From contig CAVXFO010000007.1 of the NCBI GenBank assembly GCA_963761055.1, positions 147,287 to 211,286 of the forward strand: 64,000 nucleotides of DNA, written 5' to 3'. The stretch is from an uncultured Actinomycetes bacterium (GTDB lineage: Bacteria > Actinomycetota > Acidimicrobiia > IMCC26256 > PALSA-610). The notes under the pieces are model-generated. The model made no database searches. It had not been told where the DNA came from and worked only from the letters and a program-made list of their open reading frames with translations. Below, in pieces: positions 9,725-20,546 of this stretch. The position numbers were made by a program, and so were the translations under genes. Positions within the stretch are counted from its first letter, which is position 1. The number at the start of each line of letters is the position of its first letter.

Positions 9725-10183
9725 ATGAGATTCACCAAGACCATCGCAACCGCAAGTGTCGCAGCCGTCATGGGCCTCACCGGGGTCTCGGTCGCCGGTG
9801 CCGCCTCGACGAGTACTTCCTCCCCCGAGGCTTCGACGGCGGCGTCCGCGCCGGCCGCCAAGCACCACCCGAAGGCCGCCAAGGCGCTGCGCCAGTACAT
9901 CCGGCGCCACGGCGGTTTGCTCGTGGCCAAGACGATCGGGATCAAGCCCGCCGACCTCCGCAAGGAGCTCCTCGCCGGCAAGACGATCGCCGCCGTCGCC
10001 ACCGAGCACGGTGTGGCGCCCCAAAAGGTGATCGACACCGTCACCGCCGCCGCGGATGCCAAGATCGCCTCCGCGGTGACCGCGCACAAGATCACGGCCG
10101 AGCGGGCAGTCAAGCTGAAGACCCGAGTCGACGCGGCGATCCCGAAGATCGTCAACGACTGGCACCCGAAGGCAAAGAGCTAG
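9725..10183 (+). CDS. Secreted Lys/Ala-rich hypothetical protein
   Basis: Signal peptide MRFTKTIATASVAAVMGLTGVSVAGA; helical domain IGIKPADLRKELLAGKTIAAVA. Confidence 0.8.
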   Translation: MRFTKTIATASVAAVMGLTGVSVAGAASTSTSSPEASTAASAPAAKHHPKAAKALRQYIRRHGGLLVAKTIGIKPADLRKELLAGKTIAAVATEHGVAPQKVIDTVTAAADAKIASAVTAHKITAERAVKLKTRVDAAIPKIVNDWHPKAKS

Positions 10184-10218
10184 TCGGAGCAAAGCTCTCA
10201 ACGATCCACTGAAGCTGC

Positions 10219-10249
10219 GAACCGGCCGCGGGATTCCCGCGGCCGGTTC
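10219..10249. terminator. Hairpin between convergent genes, probable bidirectional terminator
   Basis: GAACCGGCCGCGGG-ATT-CCCGCGGCCGGTTC, perfect 14-bp stem. Confidence 0.75.
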
Positions 10250-10270
10250 TTCGTGTCCGAGCGGGAATCG

Positions 10271-13200
10271 TCAGCGCAGCGCGGCCAGCGTCTCGCCGGC
10301 GTGACGGCAGAACGCGTCGGTCGAGCCCTCGACCGGTTCGATGCGGTGCTCGACGAAGGTGTCGGTTGCCGGGCTCGCCACCCCTTCGGACCGGGCCCGG
10401 AGCAGATGACTCCACGCCATCTCGGTCCGCGCCCGCAGCATCGGTGCGCGCAGTCGCTCACACAGAGCGATCGCTTGTTCGAAGTAGGCATCGGCGGTGC
10501 TGTCGCCCGCCGCCGCGGCCGCCAGGGCGATGCCGTACGCGACCGGCGCGACCACCCACACTCCGTTGAACGCCACTCGGTCGGCGAAGGGCTGGAGCAG
10601 ACCGAGCACCGTGCGACCGACTCGCGCGTCGCCGAGCATGCACGCGACCTCCGCCGCGGCGATCAGCGAACCCGACCAGTGCGGTGTGCGCGGGAGATCG
10701 TCGAAGCCGTTCGCGTAGGCCCGGGCCAACACGTCGACAGCCTTCGGCCTGGTCTCGGGCTCACACGCGAGCGCCTTCGCCAGCAGGACCGACGCGGCGA
10801 CGTCGTCGGCTCGCGTGGTCACCCGAAGGAGCGGGAGAAGGTCGGAGAAGCGCCCTTGTTGCCACCGGATGCCGCCGAGCTGCATGCCGGGCCCGACGAT
10901 CGCGAAGTCGATACCACTGCGCGTGCCGAGCTTCATCGCCGCGAACGCGAGCCGCTCGGCCTCGTCGAGATTACCGGCCAGACCCGTGCGCCACACGCGA
11001 ACAGACTCGACGTTGTAGGCGAGCACCGGGACGCCCGAGGAGCGGGCGATCGCGAACGCGCGGTCGAGATGTTCGTCGGCCTCGTCGAGCTCGGCAGTCT
11101 CGATCGCCGCGGCGGCGGCCATGGTCAACGCGAAGAAGCGCTGGATCGGGTCCGAGGCGCCTCCGGTCGACGCGAGTACCTCGTGCATGTACGCGCGGCG
11201 CTGGTCGAGGTTGTGAGGCGCGCCCGTCGCCTGGAAATGGCGCATGCACACTTCCGCCCTTGCGCCCGCACCCGAAGGATCCCGAACTTCGAGCAGGGCT
11301 GCGTCCGCGAGGCTCCGGGCCCGTTGCCAGTCCGACGACGTGATCTCCGTGGCGAGGCGGGCCCGGAGCTGCGCTCGGACCGAACCGGCCGGGGCGCGGC
11401 TCGCGGCTTCCGTCAACAGATCGACGCGCTCGGTTCGGGTGAGCGTCGGCATCGACGACCAGATAGGCGTCCAAACCGTCGCCGCCTCGACCATGAGCTC
11501 CGTGTCGTCGAGCGAGCGCACGATCTCGAGCGCTGCCCGCAGCGAGTCGGCACCGGTGGCCTCGCCCGAGCGGCACTGGGCTTCGGCGAGACGCACGAGC
11601 AGGTGCGCTCGCAAGCGCAGCTCGGTGGCGCGGTTGGCGGCGAGCAGAAACCAGCTCGCGGCAGCGTGGGCATCGAGGTTGCGCAATGCCTCGTCGCCGG
11701 CGCGCTCGGCCCAGACCGCGACGCTCGCGTCGCCTTCGAAGCCGTCGACCAGGCTCCAGTGGGCGGCCACACGAGCCGGAGATTCGACACGTCGCTCCAG
11801 CACCGCCGCGATGTCACGGTGCACGGCGGAACGCGCTTCGGCATCGATGGACTCTGCGATCGCGCGCCGGGCGAGGTCGTGGGCGAAGTCGAAGGAACCG
11901 AGCCGGGTCACGTGCAGCAGACCGGCCCCGATCGCCCGGTCGACAAGCGTTTCCGTGGACTGCTCCGTCCCCCGTGCGAGCTCGGTCAGCAGCGCGACGT
12001 CGAACTCGCCGTCGATCGCGGCCGCGATCCCGAGGAGGTGGGCGCCCGGCTCGCCGATCTCGGCGACCCGGCGCAGCACGAACTGGCGGACACGCGCCGT
12101 CACGTCGACGTCGGACGCCGCGACCGCGCCGCGATTCGGCTCTCGCAACATCTCGCCGAGGAGGTACGGATGACCCGACGTCACCTGTGTGAGTTCGTGC
12201 GCAATAGTCGACGCGTCGGGGTGGTCCAGCTCGATCAGCAGCCGGTGCACCGAGTCGGACGCGAGACCGCAGAGCTCGAGCCGTTCGAACACCTGGCGCC
12301 GATCGAGGCTGCGCGCCAGTTGCTCGAGGCGCGCCCCGCGATCGCTCGCCGACCGCGCAGTTGCGAGCGCGAGCACCCGCGAGGGTTCCTCATCGACCAT
12401 GAGCGCGCCCAGCAACAGGAGCAGCGCGGGCCCGGCACGGTGCACGTCGTCAACGAGCAGAAGCACCGGCGCCCGTTGCGAGAGTGCCGCGATCCACGAC
12501 ACGACCGCGGCTCGCAAGCACGCCGCCGCCGCGTCTCGTCGTCGGCGTCGAGCGCGGGTGGGAGGTCGGGCAACCGTCGGCGCAGCGCGGGAACCATCTC
12601 CGCGAGGTCGCCCGGCCAGCGCCCGAGGCTGAGGCGCAGCTCGGAGTCGCCCAGATGCGATGAAGCATCGGCGAGCGCGGCTGCGATCACCTGCAGACCC
12701 GGGCGCAACGCGTCGGCGCCGTCGACAGGGAGGACGATCGCCTCGTCGTGGGCGCGGCGCGCGACCTCGAGCGCGAGCCGCGTCTTCCCGATGCCGGCTG
12801 CGCCTTCGATGAGGATCATGCGACGGGCACCCGCGGCGACGGCACGGAAGCGGTCGAAGATGACCGACTCCTCCCGGCCACGGCCCACGAAAGGAAGCGA
12901 GCACGGCGTCCACGGCGGCAGCGCGCCGACAAATCCTGCACGTTGCGCGACCAGGGTCGGGTCCTGTTCCCGCATGCGTGCGTGGAGCTCGAGCACGTAT
13001 GTGCTCGGCTCGACACCGAACTCGTCGGCGAGACAACGACGCAGATCGTCGTAGACGGCTAACGCCTCGACCCGGCGTCCGGCGCGATAGAGGGCGAGCA
13101 TCTGGTGCGCTCGCAAGCTCTCGCGCCAGCGCTCGGCACTGACCCACGCAGCGATGTCGGCGAGGATCTCCACGTGCCTTCCGCAGCGGAAGTAGGCCCG

Positions 13201-13704
13201 GTTGCGAAGTTCGTAGATCGAGAGTCGCAACTCGCGGAGCTCGGCGTACGCCGCGTCGTAGAGGAGACCGCCGCCGCGATCAGCGCGCGCGTCTCCGGTC
13301 CAACAGCCGAGCGCAGTCTCGGCCGCCGACGCCGCGGCCGCGAAATCGTGTTGTTCGTAGAGCTCCTGTGCGCGGAGGAACGTGCGACGGACACGCAAGT
13401 GATCAACCTCGTCGTCGGCCACCTCCAGCCGGTACCCGGCCGGCCCCGACACGAGGCGGCCGGCCGCGGGACCGAGCGCGCTTCGCAATCGCGATACGAC
13501 GATCTGCAGCGCAGCGTCGGGATGCTGCGGGATCGCGTCGCCCCAAATGCCTTCGATCAGCGCGTCGGGATGCAGCGAACGGTTCGCGTCCAACAACAGG
13601 CGTACAAGCAACGAACGCTGACGGGCCGCGCTGATGACAACGGGCGTACCGTCAACTGTGACGTCGAGCGAGCCCAGTATCCGAAATCGAACGTCACAAT
13701 CCAT
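10271..13704 (-). CDS. Large SARP/AfsR-type regulator: winged helix + BTAD + AAA ATPase + helical C-terminus (frameshift near 12530)
   Basis: FRILGSL, LQIVVSRLR, QMLALYRAGRRVEAL, PFVGR, GAAGIGKT (Walker A), LLVDDVH, SGHPY. Confidence 0.88.
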
Positions 13705-13843
13705 CGGAGCCCCACCCCAGGCGGTCGGGTGCGAACCCCCGCAACCGACCGCCAATTGTAGGTCCTGTTATCTCACGGCGAGAAGTTGGGTTCCTCCTTC
13801 ATTGGCGCCACGTTGAAGGCTGCAGCGGGTTCCCCGCAGTCGC

Positions 13844-14115
13844 GTGCCGGAGAACTCATCGGTGAGTAAAGCTCCCGAGATCGCGATCACCCGGCGGCGT
13901 TCGGCACCGTCACAGGAGAACGACGAGCGCCTGCTCGACGCCGCGCTCGCCGAGATCGCGTCCGTCGGGATCGATCGGCTCGGGATGCGCAGCGTCGCCC
14001 GCCACGGGGCTCACGACCGGTGCGCTGTACGGCCGGTACGTGAACGTTAACGAGCCGGCCGCCGCAGTGTCGACGACGCGCGTCCGCGAAGGTCAGGACA
14101 CGGCGCGAGGTCGGA
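13844..14115 (+). pseudogene. Truncated TetR family regulator
   Basis: ERLLDAALAEIASVGIDRLGMRSVAR then GLTTGALYGRY in a shifted frame; runs into a convergent gene with no ligand domain. Confidence 0.7.
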
Positions 14116-14685
14116 CTACGCCCCGGGCGGACCCTCGAGGACCGTCGGGACGTATTCGAGCAGCTGGATCCGGGCGTCGAACGTGCGGCAGTCGATCATG
14201 CGGAGCGAGACATCGGGATATTCGTCGTAGATCCGCTCCTTACCGGTCTTGCCGGTGATGAGGGGAAACACAACGACGCGGAAGCGGTCCGCGAGACCGG
14301 CCTGGAGTAGCGAGCGGCACAAGCTGACGCTGCCCATCGTGCGCAGGGTCGCCGCGCCTTTCTCCTCCTTCATCTCCCTCACGGCCTCGACCGCGTTGCG
14401 GTTGACGAGCCGGGTGTTGGCCCACTCGAGTGGCTCGGTCAGTGTGCTGGAGAACACGATCTTCGAGACGTCTGCGAGCGCGTCGGTGCCCGGCTCTCCC
14501 TCGGCGGCGAAGCCGGACATCAGGCGATACGTGTTGGCGCCCATCAACAACGTCGAGTCGGCGTCGGGGCGCTCGGCGAGCCAGGCGAGGAACTCCGGGC
14601 CTTCGAGGCCCCAGTAGCCGGGCCAGCCAACGGCCCCTCCCCATCCGTCGAGCGTTGTGATGAAGTCGATGACGAGCTCGCGCAT
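14116..14685 (-). CDS. Dihydrofolate reductase-like (RibD C-terminal) protein
   Basis: ITTLDG, LLMGANTY, KIVFSSTL, MGSVSLCRSLLQAGLAD, VFPLITG. Confidence 0.9.
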   Translation of the reverse strand: MRELVIDFITTLDGWGGAVGWPGYWGLEGPEFLAWLAERPDADSTLLMGANTYRLMSGFAAEGEPGTDALADVSKIVFSSTLTEPLEWANTRLVNRNAVEAVREMKEEKGAATLRTMGSVSLCRSLLQAGLADRFRVVVFPLITGKTGKERIYDEYPDVSLRMIDCRTFDARIQLLEYVPTVLEGPPGA

Positions 14686-14749
14686 GATCGGCTCTCCTTG
14701 TGCGTGGGTCGTTCGAGCGACGTCCGGCGCCGATCGGGCGTCGTTCGCG

Positions 14750-15472
14750 TCAGCCGCTGTCGCGTGTCTGGTCGCCGTAGAGCTCGGCGATCCGCTCGGA
14801 GTCGAGCCATCCGGCGTAGGTAGGCCCCTGGGGCCAGCCGTCGGGAACGTCCTGCCAATCCTCCTGCCGGCCGTACAGGAGAATGTCGATCAACGGGAAC
14901 GTGTGGGACAGCTGCTCGGTGCCGCGCCCGGTCGTGTGCCACGTGCGGTAGACGGTGCCGTCGTCGCCGCGCAGGAACACGTTGACGGCGAACCCGCCGC
15001 CGGGCGGCGCGCCGACGTCGGTTCCGAACGAGCTGTTCGCGGTGGAGTACCAATCCATCCGGTTGCCGACGCGGCGCTTGTACGCGAGCGCTTCGTCGAT
15101 CGGTCCCTGGGTGACGATGACGAACCGCGCGTCGTAGGGCTCGAGGAATCCGAGGCGGACGAACTGGGCGGTGAGGCTGGTGCAGCCGCCGCATTGCCAC
15201 GTCTCGCCGGGGAACCACATGTGGTTGTAGACAATGAGCTGGCGACACCCGTCGAAGACGTCGACGAGACGCACCGGTCCGTCGGGTCCGTCGAGCGTGT
15301 AGTCGGGCATCGCGACGGCCGGCAGACGACGACGTTGCGCCGCGATCGCGTCGAGCTCGCGCGTCGCCGCCTTCTCTCGCACTCGGAGCTCGCCGAGCGC
15401 GCGTTGCCAGGTTGCCTCGTCGACGATCGGCGGCAACGGCGCGGAGGTGCGCGATGTCGGTTCGGTTCTCAT
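14750..15472 (-). CDS. DUF899 family thioredoxin-like protein
   Basis: REKAATRELDAIAAQRRRLP, QLIVYNHM, CGGCTS, YGRQEDWQDVPDGWPQ. Confidence 0.9.
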   Translation of the reverse strand: MRTEPTSRTSAPLPPIVDEATWQRALGELRVREKAATRELDAIAAQRRRLPAVAMPDYTLDGPDGPVRLVDVFDGCRQLIVYNHMWFPGETWQCGGCTSLTAQFVRLGFLEPYDARFVIVTQGPIDEALAYKRRVGNRMDWYSTANSSFGTDVGAPPGGGFAVNVFLRGDDGTVYRTWHTTGRGTEQLSHTFPLIDILLYGRQEDWQDVPDGWPQGPTYAGWLDSERIAELYGDQTRDSG

Positions 15473-15891
15473 GACCTCTCCTCGTCGTCGGCCCACTCCG
15501 CCGCGGTCATGCCGTCGGGATGGCCGGGGGGCCATTCGACGAGCTCGATCTCGCGGCCGTCAGGGTCGGTGATGGTGGTCGTGTGCATGTCGGGCGCCGG
15601 CGTCGCCACCGGGCCGGTGCGGATATCCGCGGCCTCGAGCCGCGCCAAGGTCGAGTCGAGCGACTCGACATGGATGGCGAAGTGACTGAAGCCCGGAGCC
15701 GACGTTGCGCCGGCCGAAGGATCGTGCACGAGCTCGAGCGCCACGAACTCGTCGTCGGGAAGCTTGAGCATGGTCAGGTGGCCGATGGGACTCTGGGGCA
15801 CTTCGCCGACCACTTCGTAGCCGAGCGCGGTGTAGAACGCGACCGAGATCTCGCGGTCGGCGACGCGGAGCCCGAACTGCAGCGTCCTCAC
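15469..15891 (-). CDS. VOC / glyoxalase family protein
   Basis: GLRVAD...FYTALGY, LELV, FSHFAIHV, ITDPDGREIELVEWP; start and stop overlap both neighbours. Confidence 0.88.
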   Translation of the reverse strand: MRTLQFGLRVADREISVAFYTALGYEVVGEVPQSPIGHLTMLKLPDDEFVALELVHDPSAGATSAPGFSHFAIHVESLDSTLARLEAADIRTGPVATPAPDMHTTTITDPDGREIELVEWPPGHPDGMTAAEWADDEERS

Positions 15892-16490
15892 GGGCGACGC
15901 ACCGGGTACACGAGGTGGATGACGCGATCCGAGCGGATGCACGTCGTGGGGTCGCCGAGCGGGATGTCGCCGGGCGAGAGCTCGCCGAAGAACGGACGAC
16001 CGCCCCCGAGCACGACCGGTACGAGGTCGACGACGACCTCGTCGAGGAGTCCGAGCTCGAGGCACTGGCGGGCGATCGTTCCGGCCGTCACGGCAACGAT
16101 CCGCTCACCTGCGATCTCCTGCGCGCGCGCGACCGCGGCCGCAACTCCGTCGGTCACGAACTCGAACGACGCGTCCGGATGCGCGGCGATCCAGTCGGTC
16201 GGCGCCTCGTGCGTCACGACGACGGCCGGGACATCCATCGTGTGGCGACCGCCCCACCCGTCGGTGAAGTCGAACAGCGTCCGCCCGCATACGAGCGCAC
16301 CGAGCTCCGACACCCAACCCTGCCAGTAGTCGAAGCTCGCCTGGTTGAGATGCAGCGTGATGTCGGGGTTGATCGTCCGGTACTCGACATCGCCGTTGTC
16401 GAACCAGTCGAAGAGGTGACCGATCGTGTTGTCCGCCTTGGCGATGTAGCCGTCGAGTGACATCGAGGCCGAGGCCACCACTTTCCCCAT
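15888..16490 (-). CDS. Dihydrofolate reductase-like (RibD C-terminal) protein
   Basis: SMSLDGYIA, LVCGRTLFD, VVVTH, GLLDE, PVVLGGGRPFF. Confidence 0.9.
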   Translation of the reverse strand: MGKVVASASMSLDGYIAKADNTIGHLFDWFDNGDVEYRTINPDITLHLNQASFDYWQGWVSELGALVCGRTLFDFTDGWGGRHTMDVPAVVVTHEAPTDWIAAHPDASFEFVTDGVAAAVARAQEIAGERIVAVTAGTIARQCLELGLLDEVVVDLVPVVLGGGRPFFGELSPGDIPLGDPTTCIRSDRVIHLVYPVRRP

Positions 16491-16561
16491 CACTCTTCCT
16501 TTCCCTCGGCGGCGGCGTCCGACTCATCTTCGTGTGAACTAGCTTTACAGGCAAACGGCAT

Positions 16562-17167
16562 ATGACTGGTGAGAACATCGACCTCACGGCGCCCCAGCCC
16601 GGTGGACGCCGCCCCGCCCCCGGTCGGCTCGCGACCGTGCAGGCCTTCGTCAACACCTTCTACGACCTCGGCGCCGACCAAGGCGGCGAGCTCCTGACCG
16701 ACGCGGCGGCGCTCCGCGACTGGTTGGCTGATCGCGACCTCCTCGCTCGCCGCACGCGACTCGGCCGCCACGACCTGGAGCGCGCGCTCGCGATCCGGGA
16801 AGGTCTGCGGGCGCTCGCCTATCTCAACAACGGGCAATCGCTCGACACCGGCGCGTTCGAAGCGATGCAGCGGGCGTCCGAGGGCGTCCACACCCAGGTG
16901 CGCATCGAGTTCGACGGACCGCGCTTCGACTCTCCGGCGGGATCGGCCACCGACGGGGCGCTCGGCGCGCTGCTCGGCACCGTCGCGGCGGCGATGATCC
17001 AGAACGAGTGGCCGCGATTCAAAGCCTGCCTCGGTCGCGACTGCGGCTGGATCTTCTACGACCGCTCGCGCAACCAGAGCGCACGATGGTGCGCGATGAA
17101 CGTCTGCGGAGACCGGGACAAGGCACGCGCGTACTACCGCCGCAAGACGTTGGACGCCGAGCAGTGA
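16562..17167 (+). CDS. ABATE / CGNR zinc finger protein
   Basis: AFVNT; RFKACLGRDCGWIFYDRSRNQSARWCAMNVCGDRDK. Confidence 0.92.
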   Translation: MTGENIDLTAPQPGGRRPAPGRLATVQAFVNTFYDLGADQGGELLTDAAALRDWLADRDLLARRTRLGRHDLERALAIREGLRALAYLNNGQSLDTGAFEAMQRASEGVHTQVRIEFDGPRFDSPAGSATDGALGALLGTVAAAMIQNEWPRFKACLGRDCGWIFYDRSRNQSARWCAMNVCGDRDKARAYYRRKTLDAEQ

Positions 17168-17204
17168 CCCACACGACGCGTTCCAGCCGCGCGATGCTGC
17201 GCCG

Positions 17205-17612
17205 ATGAGCGAACGCAGCGCACGAGACGTCGTCGACGAGATGTACCGCCGTCAGCAAGCCGGCGACGAGTCGGCGCTCGACGATCTGGTGGCCGGCGAC
17301 ATGGTGAACCACGCCGCCGGCCCGCAGGGTCGAGAGGGACTACGCCGGATCCTCGACAACATCGACCTCGATCTCGGGCCGGTAACCGTCGAACAACACC
17401 ATCTCGTCGGCGACGGCGATCTGGTCGCGCAGCACCTGACCCTGCACGGCACTCATCGTGCGTCGACGATGCCGCTCCTCGCCGATGCGCCGCCGTCGAA
17501 CCGGCCCGTGTCGTGGACGTTCATCCATCTCTGGCGCGTCGCCGACGGTAAGGTCGTGGAGCACTGGGCCTGCCGCGACGACATGGGGCTGCTCGACCAG
17601 GTTCGAACCTGA
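17205..17612 (+). CDS. SnoaL-like ester cyclase family protein
   Basis: LVGDGDLV, GTH, WRVADGKVVEHWACRDDMGLL. Confidence 0.88.
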   Translation: MSERSARDVVDEMYRRQQAGDESALDDLVAGDMVNHAAGPQGREGLRRILDNIDLDLGPVTVEQHHLVGDGDLVAQHLTLHGTHRASTMPLLADAPPSNRPVSWTFIHLWRVADGKVVEHWACRDDMGLLDQVRT

Positions 17613-17639
17613 CCTGTCGTCTATTGCCTGGTCCAGGTC

Positions 17640-18110
17640 CGTCCGCCATCGTTCCGCCCGTACTTCGCCGCGATGCCGGTCAACGCGGTGCGTCCGCTGC
17701 ATGGTCGAGCATTCGTCGCCGGTCTCGTCAACGCCGGTCTGGCGCCGGCGGCGGTGAAGAGCATCACGCTCACGACCTCGCAGGTTCTTGGCGGAGATGC
17801 TCGGCGAACATCTTCGGCGATATCCGTCGCCCGAGGGTTGGGTCTTCTCCGCCGCGGAGGGCGGGCCCGTTCATCACACAACTTCCGTCATCGGCACTAC
17901 ACGCGCGCAGTGACAGTGGCCGGGCTCGACGGAGTGCGGTTCCACGACCTTCGCTACACGTGCGCCGCGCTGCTCATCGCTGCCGGCCGCCACCTCGAAG
18001 AGGTGGAGACGTACCTCGGTCACTCGTCGATAGAGCGATCGCTACGGGCACTTGTTTCCGGATGCACGCGCGGCGATCGCCCGAGGCGCTCGACGTCACG
18101 TACCGAAAAG
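17640..18110 (+). pseudogene. Decayed tyrosine integrase (remnant 1)
   Basis: GLAPAAVK..., VRFHDLRYTCAALLIAAG...YLGHSS, then DRYGHLFP in a shifted frame; internal deletions. Confidence 0.88.
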
Positions 18111-18165
18111 CTCCCGCGGCCTACTCGCTGCCTGGAACCGAAATTTCACTAGCTCTGGGCGCGCA

Positions 18166-18189
18166 TCAGCGGCCACGAAGGGCCGCTGA
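18166..18189 (-). terminator. Hairpin downstream of the tRNA-Gly 3' fragment
   Basis: TCAGCGGCC-ACGAAG-GGCCGCTGA, paralogous to 22235-22258. Confidence 0.65.
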
Positions 18190-18203
18190 CGTGCAAGTAC
18201 TCC

Positions 18204-18251
18204 GAGAGCGGACGACGGGATTCGAACCCGCGACCCCAAACCTTGGCAAGG
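18204..18251 (-). repeat. att core: duplicated 3' half of tRNA-Gly(GCC)
   Basis: gagagcggacgacgggattcgaacccgcgaccccaaaccttggcaagg matches 22273-22319 apart from one extra A. Confidence 0.93.
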
Positions 18252-18705
18252 CTCGCGGGGCACCTCCGTGAACAGCCGTAAGGCACTCTGACCTGCGGAA
18301 ACGTGTCCAGCAGTTGTCCTCATTTGGCCAGTTTCGCGACCTCCCGCGGCCCCACCGCGGCCCGAAACGGTGGTGCAAAGGTGGACACCATAGAAAGCTG
18401 GGGATTTGCCTCACGGACCGGTGCCGAGCAGTACTTCGCCGATCAGATCCGCGAGCGGGAGCGACGCGCGCCGTCAGCGAGGTCGCGCCGGTCCATCGCG
18501 GACTTCCGCAGTCGGGTGCGGGTCGAATAGCTCGCGTCGCCGAACGTGCCAAAGCCGAACGTGCCAAGACAACCTTTAGAGGGCTTATCGGTCGGCAGCG
18601 CCTATGCGAAACCGCTCAAGACGGAACAGGGCCTGACGAACCGACTTGTGCTCGCACCGGCCTTCGGGGTTCCCCGCTGCGCGCGACTGTCGAAAGGATG
18701 AATCC

Positions 18706-20079
18706 ATGGAGCTCGAACGTCGGCTCTCGCGGGTCATGAGCGACTTTGCACGGACGGTCGCGACGGATTTTTCGATCCAGGCGATTCTGGATCAGCTTGT
18801 CGTTCGCATCGTCGAGGTGCTGCCGATCACTTCTGCCGGAGTCACGCTCATTTCCGCTCACACGGATCCGAAGTACATCGCTGCGTCCGACGAATCGGCT
18901 CTTCGTTACGAACAATTGCAGTCGGAGCTGGGCGAAGGTCCGTGCATGTTCGCCTACCACTCTGGTGATGTCGTCGCGGTCCCGAACTTGCAAGAGGACG
19001 ACCGCTTCCCGACATTCTCGCCGCGGGCGCTGGCGGAAGGCCTCGCCGCGGTATTTACGTTCCCCCTGCGCGATGGGGACTATCGGCTCGGCGCGCTCGA
19101 CCTGTATCGCACGACGAACGGGCCGCTGGACGTCGATGCCACAGTCGCGGCTCAGACCTTGGCGGATGTCGCTGCGGCGTATCTCCTTAATGCGCGAGCG
19201 CGTGACGATTTCAACGCAGCGGCCGAAGGGGCCCGGGTCGAACAGGTCCGCCAACTTGAAGCAGCCCGAGTCGAACAGATCCGCCAACTTGAAGCAGCCC
19301 GAGTCGAACAGGTCCGCCAGGTGGAGGAAGCGCACACCGACTTTCTCTCGAAGGTCTCGCATGAGTTGCGCAGTCCCCTCACGACCGTGATCGGCTACGT
19401 CGAGATGCTTGCCGACGGCGAGCCGAACAAGCCCACGAAGGGTCAGCGCCAGATGCTGGCGATCGTCGAACGCAGCAGCTACCGGCTGCTGGGCTTAATC
19501 GAGGACCTGCTGACGATGTCGAGCGTCGAGGACGGTAGTTTTGAGCTTGACCTCGGGCCGATCGATCTGCCGAAGATCGTGGAGCGGGCGCGGGAGGCAA
19601 CTGCGATCACCGCGGCGAAAGCCGGGGTCGCAATGACTCTCGATGTCCGTTCGGACGCCGATCTGATCGGCGACGCGGACCAACTCGAACGGGCGCTTCT
19701 GAACCTCGTGTCGAACGCAGTGAAGTTCACGAAACCAGGCGGGTTGGTCGAGATCCAGACTTTGACCGTTGGGGACCGGGTCGCGCTGTCGGTCCGCGAC
19801 TCTGGCATCGGCATCCCCGACGATGAACAACAACACCTCTTCACAAGATTCTTCCGCGGCACCCGCTCGAAGGATCAACAAATCGCTGGTACCGGCTTGG
19901 GCCTCTACATCGCCAAGCAAATCGTCGTGCTTCACGGCGGGACGATCACGGTCAGCTCGTCATCAGAGGGAAGTACCTTCACGATGTTGCTCCCGATCGC
20001 GGCCGGCCTCACCCACTTGTCCGCCGTCGCCGAACGCGGAAGAGCGACTCAGCCGGGCGCCCAAGCGTGTTCTGCTTGA
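18706..20079 (+). CDS. Cytoplasmic GAF-domain sensor histidine kinase
   Basis: GAF (QSELGEGPC, FTFPL, LGALDLY); H-box FLSKVSHELRSPLT; NLVSNAVKFT, DSGIGI, GTGLGL. Confidence 0.93.
   Translation: MELERRLSRVMSDFARTVATDFSIQAILDQLVVRIVEVLPITSAGVTLISAHTDPKYIAASDESALRYEQLQSELGEGPCMFAYHSGDVVAVPNLQEDDRFPTFSPRALAEGLAAVFTFPLRDGDYRLGALDLYRTTNGPLDVDATVAAQTLADVAAAYLLNARARDDFNAAAEGARVEQVRQLEAARVEQIRQLEAARVEQVRQVEEAHTDFLSKVSHELRSPLTTVIGYVEMLADGEPNKPTKGQRQMLAIVERSSYRLLGLIEDLLTMSSVEDGSFELDLGPIDLPKIVERAREATAITAAKAGVAMTLDVRSDADLIGDADQLERALLNLVSNAVKFTKPGGLVEIQTLTVGDRVALSVRDSGIGIPDDEQQHLFTRFFRGTRSKDQQIAGTGLGLYIAKQIVVLHGGTITVSSSSEGSTFTMLLPIAAGLTHLSAVAERGRATQPGAQACSA
19225..19323 (+). repeat. 3 x 33-bp in-frame tandem repeat (11 aa) in the kinase linker
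   Basis: EGARVEQVRQL / EAARVEQIRQL / EAARVEQVRQV. Confidence 0.95.
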
Positions 20080-20546
20080 ATCGCCTAGCCGTCACCTGCG
20101 CGACGCGCGTTGCCACCTCATCGTCGTGCGGTACGCGACAAGGCATCCAAGTGCGGTCAAGCACGCTAACAAGCTCCCCTCTTTGCGGAGTTCTGCCGAG
20201 GCGGTTACCGCGCGACGCGTCATGATTCTTGTCATGGAATGCAAGGAACCAGCCTGCTTCTCGGTCAGCAAGAAGGCGTTTGCAATCGTCAGCGTCGAAA
20301 GCCAACGAGGTCAACCCGTGTGCGAGAGATGCATTGACACCTACGTACAACGCAGAAACGATGGCAAACCCATCTGGATCGTTTGGCCGTGACGATGATC
20401 TCTGCGGCGCGGCGAGGACCCCTGCGGGTAGGCGAGCACGGATTCCTCACCCGATCGGACGCGATCCACGGCCTCACCTCTCTGAGGTGCCATGGATCCA
20501 CCGTCGGTCGGACAGCCGTCGACCGGTCCATCCCGTGCGACACGTG

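Noticed and set aside
10253-13054. Long antisense ORFs (also 7280-8701, 42088-44223, 56101-58569 and the 5' extension of 53169-55346)
   Set aside because: Shadow or alternative frames of real high-GC genes; Arg-rich and without recognisable motifs
18204-18251. Second tRNA-Gly gene
   Set aside because: Only the 3' half from the anticodon arm is present; it is an att duplication
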